Positions 17,637-27,362 of a stretch of DNA of 64,000 nucleotides are shown here, piece by piece. Positions within the stretch are counted from its first letter, which is position 1. Every line of letters begins with the position of its first letter. Source of the stretch: Betaproteobacteria bacterium (lineage in GTDB: Bacteria; Pseudomonadota; Gammaproteobacteria; Burkholderiales; Burkholderiaceae_C); NCBI GenBank assembly GCA_031371275.1, contig JANMJI010000021.1, forward strand, positions 2,369 through 66,368, read 5' to 3'. Position numbers and translations under genes: made by a program. The notes beneath the pieces are model-generated. The model did no database searches. It had not been told where the DNA came from and was given only the letters and a program-made list of their open reading frames with translations.

Positions 17637-18542
17637 CTACGGGCCGAACACGAGCTGGATGCGGTGCACGCGTGCGCCGGTCATGGGCTCGAAACGCCAC
17701 TGTTCGAGCGCAGCCACCAGGTAGCCTCGCCACGAACGTGGGTAGGGCGCGATGAGTTGCACTTCGGCCACCGTGCCGTCGGCGCGCAGGCTCAGGTCGG
17801 CCAGCACTTCGTTCACGCCGCCGGTGTCGCGCATCAGCCGTGGGGGAATGTCGGGCTCGACGGTGGACAGCAAAGTCGGCTGCGCCGCGGGCAAGGCCGC
17901 CAACAGCGTTTGTGGCGCCACCATATTGGGCGCCGCTGCTGACAGCGCCTCGGGTGCCGCCGTGTTTTCCAGGCCCGCCACGGCGTTGGCCGCTGCGGGC
18001 ATCGGCTGCGAAGCCTGAAAAACCAAGGCTGTGCTGACGGACGGCGCAGCCTCAACGGGCGCCGCGCGCGTGGCTGCAACCGGGGCGGCCGTGCCCGCGG
18101 CAGCGGCCGTGGTGGCGGCGGTGGCAGTGGTAGCCGTGGTGGCAGTGGGCGGGGCCGCCGCCGACGTTGCGGCGGCTATGCGGCGCAGGTTCGCGGCGTC
18201 GGCGGGTTCTGGTGCGGCTTCGGCGCCAACAGGTTTGCGCCGTATCTTGCCGGCTTGCAAGATCACCCGCATCGGGTTGGCAGCCAGGCGCTGCGCACGC
18301 TCCATCGCCGCGGCCGCCTCGGCGGGATCGGGCCGCACCGATTGGGCCACGGCGGGTAAGGCCCATGCCCAGGCCAGCGCGCACAACGCCCATGAGGCCC
18401 CAATAGGCCATATAGGCCATATAGGCCATATAGGCCGTATAGGCTGTACAGGCCCTGTAGGCCATATGGCCCAACGCAGTTTGCCCACGACTTTGATCTC
18501 CTTGGACGCTGCACGGCGGGTAGCCCTGCGGTCTGGTCGCAT
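17637..18542 (-). CDS. Exported/membrane protein with Ala/Thr-rich linker and C-terminal TonB-C-like domain
   Basis: Hydrophobic segment ending LPAVA-QS, low-complexity linker, C-terminus with DGTVAEV and AALEQWRFEP. A -10 TAGAAT at 18570-18575 supports the start. Confidence 0.65.
   Translation of the reverse strand: MRPDRRATRRAASKEIKVVGKLRWAIWPTGPVQPIRPIWPIWPIWPIGASWALCALAWAWALPAVAQSVRPDPAEAAAAMERAQRLAANPMRVILQAGKIRRKPVGAEAAPEPADAANLRRIAAATSAAAPPTATTATTATAATTAAAAGTAAPVAATRAAPVEAAPSVSTALVFQASQPMPAAANAVAGLENTAAPEALSAAAPNMVAPQTLLAALPAAQPTLLSTVEPDIPPRLMRDTGGVNEVLADLSLRADGTVAEVQLIAPYPRSWRGYLVAALEQWRFEPMTGARVHRIQLVFGP
18403..18465. repeat. 9-nt tandem repeat (ATAGGCCAT) x7, in frame in the signal-peptide region
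   Basis: Three perfect copies at 18403-18429, then four progressively degenerate ones. Encodes GPVQPIRPIWPIWPIWPI on the minus strand. Confidence 0.9.
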
Positions 18543-18597
18543 GCGGGTTTGACCACTGCGACGGCGGCGATTCTACGGTCGGGCGGGGCGCATCAAG

Positions 18598-20628
18598 TCA
18601 TTTCAAATGTTGCGCGAGGAAAGACTCAAGACGGCGGGCAAAGTCAAGCTGGTTTTCGACCTTCAACCAGCCGTGGCCTTCTTCGCCGTACAGCACCCAT
18701 TCTGGCGGCCGGCCGGCCGCCAACAGCGCATCGCGCATGCGCGTGCCGTGGACCAGCGGCACACGGCGGTCCTGGCCGCCAAAGGCCAGCAGCAGCGGCG
18801 CCTTGATGCGGTCGGCCAGCAGCACCGGGGTCACGCTGTCGAGCATCGCCGCGTCAGCCACCGGGTCACCCACCAGTTGGGGAAGGCTGTATTCGCGGGA
18901 TTCGGTGTTCGCGTCGCTGTCGCGGCGCCACTGGAACAGCAGCCGCGGGTCGGTGACTGCCACCCAGGCCACGCCGCAGCGGTACAGCGTGGGGTGGCGC
19001 GCCAGACCCATCAGCGTGGCGTAACCGCCATAGCTGGCACCGGCGATGCAGACCTTGGCGGGGTCGGCCATGCCCTTGGCCACCGCCCAGGCCAGCGCGT
19101 CGGCCAGGTCGTCCTGCATCGCCCGGCCCCATTGGCGCCAGCCCGCCCGGTGCAGCGCACCGCCATAGCCAGTGCTGCCGCGGAATTCGGGCTCGATCAC
19201 GACGTAGCCGCGCGAAGCCAGGAACTGTGCGTCGGCGTTCCAGCCCCAGTGGCCGTGGCGCACCCACGGCCCGCCGTGCACCAGCACCACCGCCGGGCGC
19301 GGCCCGCTGGCACGGCCCGCCGGCGATGTCACCCAGACAGGTATTTGCAGCCCGTCGCGGGTGCGCACGCGCTCGAATTCGACCGTCGCCATGCGCCGGG
19401 GGTCGATGTCCGGACGGCGCTCGCCGACCTTGCGCCAGGCGTTCGCCTCGACCTGATGCACCCAGACTTGCCCCGGGTCGCGGTCTGACCAGCTGTGGAT
19501 CAGCACCGTCATGTCGGGCTTGTCACAGCGGCGGCAGACCAGGCGGTTGACGCGCCCGGGCAGGCGCCGGTCGGCCTCGATCTGCAAAGCTGCCAAGCGC
19601 TTGTCAAACCACAGGGTGGTCTCGGCGTCGGTGTCCACGCGCACGCCCAGCGTGCGGTTGCCGACTGTTTCGCTGACCACGCTGCCGGTGAAATCAAAAC
19701 CCGGCGCGCTGACAAGTGCTTCGGGCTCGGGCTGGCCGGTCTTGAAGTCAAACCGCTTGAGCACAGAAACACCGTCAAGCCCGCTTGGCGTGGTCACAAA
19801 CAACGCGCCGGCTGCGTCGGTGTAGGCAGGCGCATAGGGCGCCTCGAATTGCGCGTATTCAACCAGCTGAACCCAGGTTTCGCTGCCCGGCGCCCGCCAA
19901 TGGATGGCACCGCGGCCCTTGTGCCGGGTAACCACGGCGCGAGGCTCGCCCTGGGGGTCGAACCACCAGCCATGCACATGCGCCGGCGCGCCAAAACTTA
20001 AGGACGTGGCGCGGCCGGTGACCACATTCAAGCGCTTGGCATTGATGCTTTCGAATTCGTAAAAACTGTCGTAACGCCATTCACCGACGATGACCTCCTC
20101 ACCACCATCGGCGGGGATGTGCAGAAGCCGGTGCGGGGGTTCAAGTTGCGGGCGCGCGATTCTGGTCGCCGAGGTGACGCGCAGCACGTTCATCTTGACC
20201 AGCTGGCGCGTGTCTTGTCCATCACGACGAACGCTGAACAAGCCGGGCCACCAGCGTTGGTCGCCGCTGCCGCGTGCTTTGTCGATCAAGTCGTAGACCA
20301 GCCTGTGGTCGTTGACCCACCAGAAGTCGGAGATGTCGGCATCGGTGTAGCGGGCCACGCTGGCATGGGCCTTCATTTCCGACAGATCAAAGACGACCAG
20401 CCCGGTGCGTTCACCGCCAAGGCCGGTGGTCATCGCCAGCCAGCGGCCCGACGGCGAAAGCGCGGTTTTCTCTATCGCCTGCGGGCCGTAAAAAGCGGCA
20501 ACAGGAACCAGCGCGGACGAGGCCGCCGCGGGCTGCGCGGATACGGGGCCGGCCACGGCCCACAGCAGCGCCAGGCAACTCGGCGCGAAATACAGGCGAA
20601 TCGACAAGCGCGTCGACAAACGGTTCAT
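18598..20628 (-). CDS. Secreted S9-family (prolyl oligopeptidase/dipeptidyl aminopeptidase-like) peptidase
   Basis: Signal peptide, propeller region, VHGGPW, EFRGSTGYG, GASYGG (Ser), GGQD (Asp), EGHG (His). Confidence 0.92.
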   Translation of the reverse strand: MNRLSTRLSIRLYFAPSCLALLWAVAGPVSAQPAAASSALVPVAAFYGPQAIEKTALSPSGRWLAMTTGLGGERTGLVVFDLSEMKAHASVARYTDADISDFWWVNDHRLVYDLIDKARGSGDQRWWPGLFSVRRDGQDTRQLVKMNVLRVTSATRIARPQLEPPHRLLHIPADGGEEVIVGEWRYDSFYEFESINAKRLNVVTGRATSLSFGAPAHVHGWWFDPQGEPRAVVTRHKGRGAIHWRAPGSETWVQLVEYAQFEAPYAPAYTDAAGALFVTTPSGLDGVSVLKRFDFKTGQPEPEALVSAPGFDFTGSVVSETVGNRTLGVRVDTDAETTLWFDKRLAALQIEADRRLPGRVNRLVCRRCDKPDMTVLIHSWSDRDPGQVWVHQVEANAWRKVGERRPDIDPRRMATVEFERVRTRDGLQIPVWVTSPAGRASGPRPAVVLVHGGPWVRHGHWGWNADAQFLASRGYVVIEPEFRGSTGYGGALHRAGWRQWGRAMQDDLADALAWAVAKGMADPAKVCIAGASYGGYATLMGLARHPTLYRCGVAWVAVTDPRLLFQWRRDSDANTESREYSLPQLVGDPVADAAMLDSVTPVLLADRIKAPLLLAFGGQDRRVPLVHGTRMRDALLAAGRPPEWVLYGEEGHGWLKVENQLDFARRLESFLAQHLK

Positions 20629-20684
20629 GGCAGCCTCCCTGCAAGCGTCATTGGTTTGCTTCAGATTCTGACGCGGCGCGCGGG

Positions 20685-23600
20685 CTATTGCTGCAGTTGT
20701 TCCCAGGCCTTGTCCAGGCGCTTGGCGCTGACCGGCTGCGGCGTGCGCAATGCTTGCGCAAAGAAGCTGACGCGGAGTTCTTCCAGCAGCCAGCGGTATT
20801 CGTCCAGCCGCGCATGGGGGGCGCCGCGCAGGTCGGCCATGCGGCGCAGCCAGCGTTGTTCCAGCGGGCGCAACTCGGTCAGGCGCGCGGCGTCGCGCGC
20901 CGGGTCGGCGCGTTGCTTTTCCAGCCGCAGCACGACGGCCTTCAGGTAGCGCGGAAGGTGCTGCAGTGCGGCCCATTCGGTCAGCAGCAGGAAGCGTTTG
21001 CCGACCAGGCGTTGCAGTTGCGCGCTGATGTCTTCGGCCACATCGCGCGGCGGTTTGCTGTCTTTGAGCTTGCGCAGCGCCGCCGCATGTTCGGCCAGCA
21101 CCACAGCGGCCTGACGCGCCACTTCGGCGGCGATCAGGTTCAGGCGCGCGCGGCCTTCTGTCAGGCGCGTGTTGAAGCTGTGCTCGTCGGCCGGCAAGGG
21201 GTCGGTGAGGAAGGCGCGGTCCAGCGCCACGTCGATGATTTGCTGGCGCAGTTCTTCCAGGGTGCCTCCGCCCGCACCGTCTGGCGTCTTGCCGACATGC
21301 ATGAACGCGCCGCCCATGGCCGTCAGACCCGGGATGTTTTTCTCCAGATACTTCAGCGGCTCTTTCAACTGCAAGGCCACCAGGCGGCGCAGGCCGGCGC
21401 GGTGCTGACTTGCTGCGACCTCGGGTTCGTCGAAGACTTCGATCTCGACATGCGAGACCCGATCGATGAGCGCCGGAAAACCGATCAACACCTGCGCGCC
21501 GCGGCGCACTTCCATCAGCTCGGGCAATTCGCCGAAGGTCCAGGCGGTGTAGCGCTGGGGTTCGGCGAGGGGCGCGGCGCTGGGCCCCCTCTCCCGCTGC
21601 GCGGGAGACCGTTCGGTGGAGGGCACGCCACCGCCACCGCCCTCACTTGCAGTGCGCGCTTCGCCAAGCGGCAGAGGGCGCAATGCGGGCGCAGACGACG
21701 CCGTCTTCAACACCGCTAACGCCTGAAAAGCACTGCGCGCCTGCACCCCCAGCTCGGCCTTCAGCCCGGCCAGGTCACGTCCCATACCCAGTTGCCGGCC
21801 GTGTTCATCGACGACGCGGAAGTTCATGAACAGATGCGGGCTGAGCTGTTCGGTCTTGAAGTCATTGCGCTGCACCGCGATCTGCGTGCGTTCGCGCACC
21901 GCCTTCAGCAACACGTCGATCAAGCTGCCCTGGCCGAACAAGGCGCTTTCGCAGAACGCAGCGGCGTAGTCGGGCAGCGGCACCAGCCGCGATCGCGGGC
22001 GCTGGTGCAACGTCTTGCACAACGCCAATACCTTGGCGTGCAACATGCCGGGCACCAGCCATTCGCAGCGCTCGTCGTTGACCTGGTTCAGCGCGTAGAT
22101 GGGCACGGCCACGGTGACACCGTCTTTCGCATCGCCCGGTTCGTGCAGATAGGTGGCCGCGCAGTCAATGCCGCCCAGACGCACGGTGCGTGGAAAGCTG
22201 TCGGTGGTGATGCCCGCGGCCTCGTGCCGCATCAGCTCTTCACGCGTCAGGTGCAGCAGCATGGGCGCGCGCTTGCTTTCCTCGCGCACCCAGCGTTCCA
22301 GCGAAGGGCCGCTGCAAACATCCTTGGGCAGTTGCTGGTCGTAGAAGGCGTGGATCAGCTCGTCGTCCACCAGCACGTCTTGCCGGCGCGCCTTGTGTTC
22401 CAGGTCTTGCACTTGCGCGATGAGCTTGCGGTTGTGCGCCAAAAAGGGCAGGCGCGTTTCCCATTCCTCGCCCACCAGCGCTTCGCGAATGAAGATGTCG
22501 CGCGCCGCCGCCGGGTCCACATTGCCGAAGTTCACGCGACGGTTGTTGTAGATGACGATGCCGTACAGCGTGGCGCGTTCCAGCGCTATCACCTCGCCGG
22601 CCTTCTTCTCCCAGTGCGGTTCCAGCAACTGGGTTTTCAACAGATGGCCGGCCAGCGGCGGTATCCACTGCGCATCGATGTTAGCCAGGCCACGGCCGAA
22701 CAGGCGCGTGGTCTCCACCAACTCGGCCGAGACGATCCAGCGCCCCGGCTTCTTGCTCAGGTTGACGCCGGGGTGGCGCCAGAACTTGATGCCGCGGGCG
22801 CCCAGATACCAGTCTTCGTCGTCACTCTTGCAGCCGATGTTGCCCAACAGGCCGGCCAGCAGCGACAAGTGGATTTGTTCGTAGGTCGCCGGCGCGGTGT
22901 TCAGTCGCCAGCCGTGTTCTGCCACCACGGTGTGCAATTGGCTGTGAATGTCGCGCCATTCGCGCACCCGGCGAATGCTGATGAAGTGGTCGCGCAGGCG
23001 TTGTTCCTGTTGCCGGTTGGTGAGCTTGTGCGCGTCCACCTGCGCGGCTTTTTGGTCGGCATGGCCGTGTACGCCGCGGCCCTGCTCTATCCACTGCCAC
23101 AGCTTCAGCGTGCCCATGAATTCCGAGCGCTCGTCGTCGAAGGCCTTTTGTTTTTCGTCAGCGGCCTGGGCTTTTTCCTGCGGCCTGTCGCGCACGTCCT
23201 GGCCGCTCAAGGCCGCCGCGATGATGAGCACTTCGCTCAGTGCGTCGTGCTTGCGCGCTTGCAGAATCATGCGGCCGACGCGCGGGTCCAGCGGCAGGCG
23301 CGACAACTCCTTGCCGACCGCCGTCAGTTCGTTGTCGTCGTCCACCGCGCCCAGCTCGGCCAGCAGCGCGTAGCCGTCGGCAATGGCTTTGCCCGGTGGC
23401 GGCTCAACGAAGGGAAAGTCGTGCACCGTGCCCAGGTGCAGCGCCTTCATGCGCAAGATGACACCGGCCAGGCTGCTGCGCAGGATTTCCGGGTCGGTGA
23501 AACGCGGCCGACCCTTGAAATCGTCTTCGCCATACAGCCTGATGCAGACGCCATCGGCGACGCGCCCGCAACGTCCGGCGCGCTGTTGCGCCGCGGCCTG

Positions 23601-24656
23601 GCTGATGGGCTCAATCTGTAACTGCTCGACCTTGTTGCGCCACGAATAGCGCTTCACGCGCGCCACACCGGCGTCGATGACGTAGCGGATGCCGGGCACC
23701 GTCAGCGACGTTTCTGCGACGTTGGTGGCCAGCACGATGCGGCGGCCGTTTCCAGACTCGAACACACGGTCTTGCTCTTGCGGGCTCAGGCGTGCGAACA
23801 GCGGCAGCACTTCGGGTTGTGGCCCCCCCTTCGAATGCTGCAAAAGGTGGCGGCGAAGATGGTCGGCCGTGTCGCGGATTTCGCGTTCACCGGGCAGGAA
23901 GACCAGGATGTCGCCGGGCCCGCCACGCCACAACTCGTCCACCGCATCGGCAATCGCGTTGTCGATGTCGCTGACTTCACCGATACGGCGGCTTTCTTCA
24001 TACGGCCGCCAGCGTTGTTCAACAGGAAACAGCCGGCCCGACACCATGATGACCGGCGCCGGCCCGTTCTTACCCGCAAAGTGATTGGCAAACCTGTCAG
24101 CGTCTATGGTGGCCGACGTGACGATGACCTTCAAGTCGGGCCGCCGCGGCAGCAGTTGCCGCAAGTAGCCGAGCAGGAAATCGATGTTCAGGCTGCGTTC
24201 GTGCGCCTCGTCAATGATGATGGTGTCGTAGGCCCGCAGCAGCGGGTCGCGTTCGGTTTCGGCGAGCAAGATGCCGTCGGTCATCAGCTTGACGCTGGCC
24301 CCTGGCTGCAAGCGGTCTTGAAACCTCACCTTGAAGCCGACGACATCGCCCAGTGGCGATTTCAGTTCTTCGGCGATGCGCTTGGCCACGCTGCTGGCGG
24401 CAATGCGCCGCGGCTGCGTGTGGCCGATCAGGCCGGTGCCCCCAGCGCCCAGACCGCGGCCCATTTCCAGCAGTATCTTGGGCAATTGCGTGGTCTTGCC
24501 CGACCCCGTTTCGCCGCAGACGATGACCACCGGGTGGTTCGCAATGGCGCGTGCAATCTCCTCGCGCCGGGCACAGACCGGCAGCGATTCTGGATAGGTG
24601 ATCGGCGGAACAGGGTTGGGCGGCGCACGCGGCACGGCCCGCGGGGCTGAGGTCAC
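20685..24656 (-). CDS. hrpA: ATP-dependent RNA helicase HrpA
   Basis: GETGSGKTTQ, DEAH, SAT, QRAGRCGR, HA2/OB fold and long C-terminal region. Confidence 0.97.
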   Translation of the reverse strand: MTSAPRAVPRAPPNPVPPITYPESLPVCARREEIARAIANHPVVIVCGETGSGKTTQLPKILLEMGRGLGAGGTGLIGHTQPRRIAASSVAKRIAEELKSPLGDVVGFKVRFQDRLQPGASVKLMTDGILLAETERDPLLRAYDTIIIDEAHERSLNIDFLLGYLRQLLPRRPDLKVIVTSATIDADRFANHFAGKNGPAPVIMVSGRLFPVEQRWRPYEESRRIGEVSDIDNAIADAVDELWRGGPGDILVFLPGEREIRDTADHLRRHLLQHSKGGPQPEVLPLFARLSPQEQDRVFESGNGRRIVLATNVAETSLTVPGIRYVIDAGVARVKRYSWRNKVEQLQIEPISQAAAQQRAGRCGRVADGVCIRLYGEDDFKGRPRFTDPEILRSSLAGVILRMKALHLGTVHDFPFVEPPPGKAIADGYALLAELGAVDDDNELTAVGKELSRLPLDPRVGRMILQARKHDALSEVLIIAAALSGQDVRDRPQEKAQAADEKQKAFDDERSEFMGTLKLWQWIEQGRGVHGHADQKAAQVDAHKLTNRQQEQRLRDHFISIRRVREWRDIHSQLHTVVAEHGWRLNTAPATYEQIHLSLLAGLLGNIGCKSDDEDWYLGARGIKFWRHPGVNLSKKPGRWIVSAELVETTRLFGRGLANIDAQWIPPLAGHLLKTQLLEPHWEKKAGEVIALERATLYGIVIYNNRRVNFGNVDPAAARDIFIREALVGEEWETRLPFLAHNRKLIAQVQDLEHKARRQDVLVDDELIHAFYDQQLPKDVCSGPSLERWVREESKRAPMLLHLTREELMRHEAAGITTDSFPRTVRLGGIDCAATYLHEPGDAKDGVTVAVPIYALNQVNDERCEWLVPGMLHAKVLALCKTLHQRPRSRLVPLPDYAAAFCESALFGQGSLIDVLLKAVRERTQIAVQRNDFKTEQLSPHLFMNFRVVDEHGRQLGMGRDLAGLKAELGVQARSAFQALAVLKTASSAPALRPLPLGEARTASEGGGGGVPSTERSPAQRERGPSAAPLAEPQRYTAWTFGELPELMEVRRGAQVLIGFPALIDRVSHVEIEVFDEPEVAASQHRAGLRRLVALQLKEPLKYLEKNIPGLTAMGGAFMHVGKTPDGAGGGTLEELRQQIIDVALDRAFLTDPLPADEHSFNTRLTEGRARLNLIAAEVARQAAVVLAEHAAALRKLKDSKPPRDVAEDISAQLQRLVGKRFLLLTEWAALQHLPRYLKAVVLRLEKQRADPARDAARLTELRPLEQRWLRRMADLRGAPHARLDEYRWLLEELRVSFFAQALRTPQPVSAKRLDKAWEQLQQ
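21584..21680. repeat. Degenerate REP-like bipartite palindromic element inside hrpA
   Basis: TCTCCCGC-TGC-GCGGGAGA hairpin (21590-21608) plus the matching CCCTC...GAGGG arms. It encodes a low-complexity insert, RPLPLGEA...SPAQRERG. Confidence 0.6.
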
Positions 24657-24726
24657 GGGGCGCGGATTATGTCCGCCGGCGGACGCAAGCCTCGCCAGCC
24701 GACTTGGCTGCCCCGCCCCGCTGCTG

Positions 24727-25110
24727 TCAACCCATGGCGTACTGCATGATGCTCAGCACAGCGCCCTGCGGGTCTTTGAAGACGGCCATGCGGCCGACGT
24801 TGGGCACGTCCATGGCCGGCATCAGCACCGTGCCGCCCAAAGCGCTGACCCGTTCCAGCGTGTTGTCGACGCTTTTCACCGTGACATAGCAGCCCCAGTG
24901 TGGCGGCATGGGGGGCGCGCCGGGCGGCGGCGCCATGATGCCGGCCACGGCAGCTTCGCCGATGTTCACTACCCGGTAGCCGCCCATCGCGGCGTCGGGG
25001 TCCTTCACGGTCCAGTCAAACACTTCGGCATAAAAGCGGGCAGCAGCAGCGGGGTCGCTGGTGGTGAGTTCGGCCCAACTGAAGGCGCCGTGGGTCTTGT
25101 AAACGTCCAT
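24727..25110 (-). CDS. VOC/glyoxalase family protein
   Basis: FSWAELTTSDP, FYAEVFDW, WGCYVTV, GRMAVFKDPQGA. Confidence 0.9.
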   Translation of the reverse strand: MDVYKTHGAFSWAELTTSDPAAAARFYAEVFDWTVKDPDAAMGGYRVVNIGEAAVAGIMAPPPGAPPMPPHWGCYVTVKSVDNTLERVSALGGTVLMPAMDVPNVGRMAVFKDPQGAVLSIMQYAMG

Positions 25111-25180
25111 CGCAGTCTCCTTGGTTTACAGGGGGTGGGACGCGGATGCTGCGGCACAATGCGGGCACTTGTCGATCCCC

Positions 25181-26521
25181 ATGAGTCTCGTTTTCCCGCA
25201 CACCTTTGTTCCGTGGTTTCGCGCCGTGGCGCCCTACATCCATGCCTACCGCGGCAAGACCTTTGTGGTGGCGCTGGCGGGTGAGGCGATTGCCGCCGGC
25301 AAGCTCAACACCTTTGTGCAAGACCTGTCCATCCTGCACGCCATGGGCATCAAGCTGGTCATGGTGCATGGCTTTCGCCCCCAGGTCACCGAACAGTTGG
25401 CGGCCAAGGGCCATGTCTCGCGTTATTCACGCGGCATTCGCATTACCGATTCGGTGGCGCTGGACGCTGCGCAAGAAGCCGCTGGCCAATTGCGCTTTGA
25501 GATCGAAGCCGCGTTTTCGCAGGGCCTGCCGAACACGCCGATGGCCAATGCCACCGTGCGCGTGGTGTCGGGCAACTTCCTCACCGCGCGGCCGGTGGGC
25601 ATCGTTGATGGTGTTGATTTCATCCACAGCGGTTTGGTGCGCCGTGTCGACCAGGCGGCGATACGCCGGGCCATCGAATCGGGCGCTTTGGTGCTGCTGT
25701 CGCCCTTCGGTTTTTCGCCGACGGGCGAAGCCTTCAACCTGACCATGGAAGACGTGGCCACCGCGGCCGCTGTTGCACTGCAAGCCGACAAACTGGTGTT
25801 CATGGGTGAGGTGCCCGGCATACGCGAAAAGCCGGATGACGCCAACAGCGCCATCGACACTGAACTGGCGCTGGCCGACGCCAAACGCCTGCTGGCCCAC
25901 CTGCCCGCACCGCTGCTGCCCACCGACACCGCCTTCTATTTGCAGCACTGCGTGAAGGCCTGCGAAGGCGGGGTGGAACGTTCACACATCCTGCCCTTTG
26001 CCACCGATGGCGCGCTGCTGCTGGAGGTTTTTACGCATGACGGCGTCGGCACCATGGTGGTCGACGAAAAGCTCGAAAGCCTGCGCGAAGCCGCGCCAGA
26101 CGACGTCGGCGGCATCCTGCAATTGATTGAACCGTTTGAGCGCGACGGCACGCTGGTGCGCCGCGAACGCACGGAGATCGAACGCGATGTCGATTTCTAC
26201 AGCGTGGTGGAACACGACGGCATCATCTTCGGCTGCGCCGCGCTTTACCCTTACCCTGAAGCGCGCACGGCAGAAATGGCGGCGCTCACCGTGTCGCCAT
26301 TGTCACAAGGCCAGGGCGATGGTGAAAGGCTGCTCAAACGCATTGAGCAACGCGCCCGTGCAGCCGGCTTCGACAGCCTGTTTGTGCTGACCACGCGCAC
26401 CATGCACTGGTTCATCAAACGCGGTTTCGTGCAGGCCGACCCTGAATGGTTGCCCGAGGCGCGCAAGCGCAAATACAACTGGGACCGGCGCTCGCAGGTG
26501 CTGGTGAAGAAACTGAACTGA
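25181..26521 (+). CDS. argA: Amino-acid N-acetyltransferase (N-acetylglutamate synthase)
   Basis: AAK domain ([17 protein letters not shown]) plus GNAT domain ([26 protein letters not shown]). Confidence 0.96.
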   Translation: MSLVFPHTFVPWFRAVAPYIHAYRGKTFVVALAGEAIAAGKLNTFVQDLSILHAMGIKLVMVHGFRPQVTEQLAAKGHVSRYSRGIRITDSVALDAAQEAAGQLRFEIEAAFSQGLPNTPMANATVRVVSGNFLTARPVGIVDGVDFIHSGLVRRVDQAAIRRAIESGALVLLSPFGFSPTGEAFNLTMEDVATAAAVALQADKLVFMGEVPGIREKPDDANSAIDTELALADAKRLLAHLPAPLLPTDTAFYLQHCVKACEGGVERSHILPFATDGALLLEVFTHDGVGTMVVDEKLESLREAAPDDVGGILQLIEPFERDGTLVRRERTEIERDVDFYSVVEHDGIIFGCAALYPYPEARTAEMAALTVSPLSQGQGDGERLLKRIEQRARAAGFDSLFVLTTRTMHWFIKRGFVQADPEWLPEARKRKYNWDRRSQVLVKKLN

Positions 26522-26540
26522 ACTGAACTTGGAGAACGGT

Positions 26541-26816
26541 ATGGCGCGCATGGTGCACTGTGTGTATTTGAAAAAAGAAGGCGAAGGCTTGGGGTTTTCA
26601 CCCTACCCGGGTGAGTTGGGCAAACGAATCTACGAAAACATCAGCAAGGAAGGTTTTGAAGCCTGGAAGAAGCACCAGACCATGCTCGTCAACGAAAACC
26701 GCCTGAACCTGGCCGACGCCCGGTCGCGCCAGTATCTGGCGCGGCAGATGGAAAGTTTTCTGTTTGGCGGCGGCGCGGCCGACAAGGTGGCCGGGTTTGT
26801 GCCGCCTGCGGTTTGA
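26541..26816 (+). CDS. yggX: Oxidative damage protection / Fe(II) trafficking protein YggX
   Basis: [39 protein letters not shown]. Confidence 0.93.
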   Translation: MARMVHCVYLKKEGEGLGFSPYPGELGKRIYENISKEGFEAWKKHQTMLVNENRLNLADARSRQYLARQMESFLFGGGAADKVAGFVPPAV

Positions 26817-26914
26817 CCGGGCGTCGCCTTTTTGAAACAGGTGGATATCCTTGGGTTGAGTTTCGAGAATGCCGGCTATATTCCCGGCTTTCCAACCTGA
26901 GCGGAGTGCGTTTC

Positions 26915-27232
26915 ATGCCCAAAGACATCCTTGCCGACCTGCTGGCCCAAAAGGTCGCGCTTGAAAAGCAGATTGCCACCTTCCAGCGCGAACAGCGCGG
27001 CACGGCCATCAGCCAGATCAAGACATTGATGGCCGAATATGGTCTGAGCCTGGCCGATATCGGCAGCAAAGCCGCTGCGGCACCGGCCGCGCCGAAAAAG
27101 ATCGCCGCCAAAGTGGCGGCCAAATACCGCAACCCGGCGACTGGCGATACCTGGTCGGGCCGCGGCCTGAAGCCCAAGTGGTTGAGCGCTGCCATTGCAG
27201 GCGGTGCCACGCTGGGCGACTTCGCGCTCTGA
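26915..27232 (+). CDS. hns: H-NS family nucleoid-associated protein
   Basis: N-terminal coiled coil, KYRNPATGDTWSGRG.KPKW DNA-binding domain. Confidence 0.9.
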   Translation: MPKDILADLLAQKVALEKQIATFQREQRGTAISQIKTLMAEYGLSLADIGSKAAAAPAAPKKIAAKVAAKYRNPATGDTWSGRGLKPKWLSAAIAGGATLGDFAL

Positions 27233-27241
27233 TGCGCCGCG

Positions 27242-27270
27242 GGCCGCGCGTGGGGCGGCCTTTCTTGTTT
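27242..27270 (+). terminator. Rho-independent terminator after hns
   Basis: GGCCGC-7nt-GCGGCC followed by TTTCTTGTTT. Confidence 0.75.
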
Positions 27271-27316
27271 CAACGGACAGCGGTCTGAACCCTGTCCGCG
27301 ATTTCTGTCAGTAAAT

Positions 27317-27342
27317 CCTGGCCGTGTTCCCTGGCCGTGTTC
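27317..27342. repeat. 13-nt tandem duplication CCTGGCCGTGTTC x2
   Basis: Perfect adjacent copies just upstream of the GGDEF/EAL gene. Confidence 0.8.
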
Positions 27343-27362
27343 CCAGTCCTTGATGCCTGTCC

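Noticed and set aside
10623-18465. Tandem repeats as CRISPR or iteron arrays
   Set aside because: The units are 9-13 nt, have no spacers, and no cas or rep gene is nearby.
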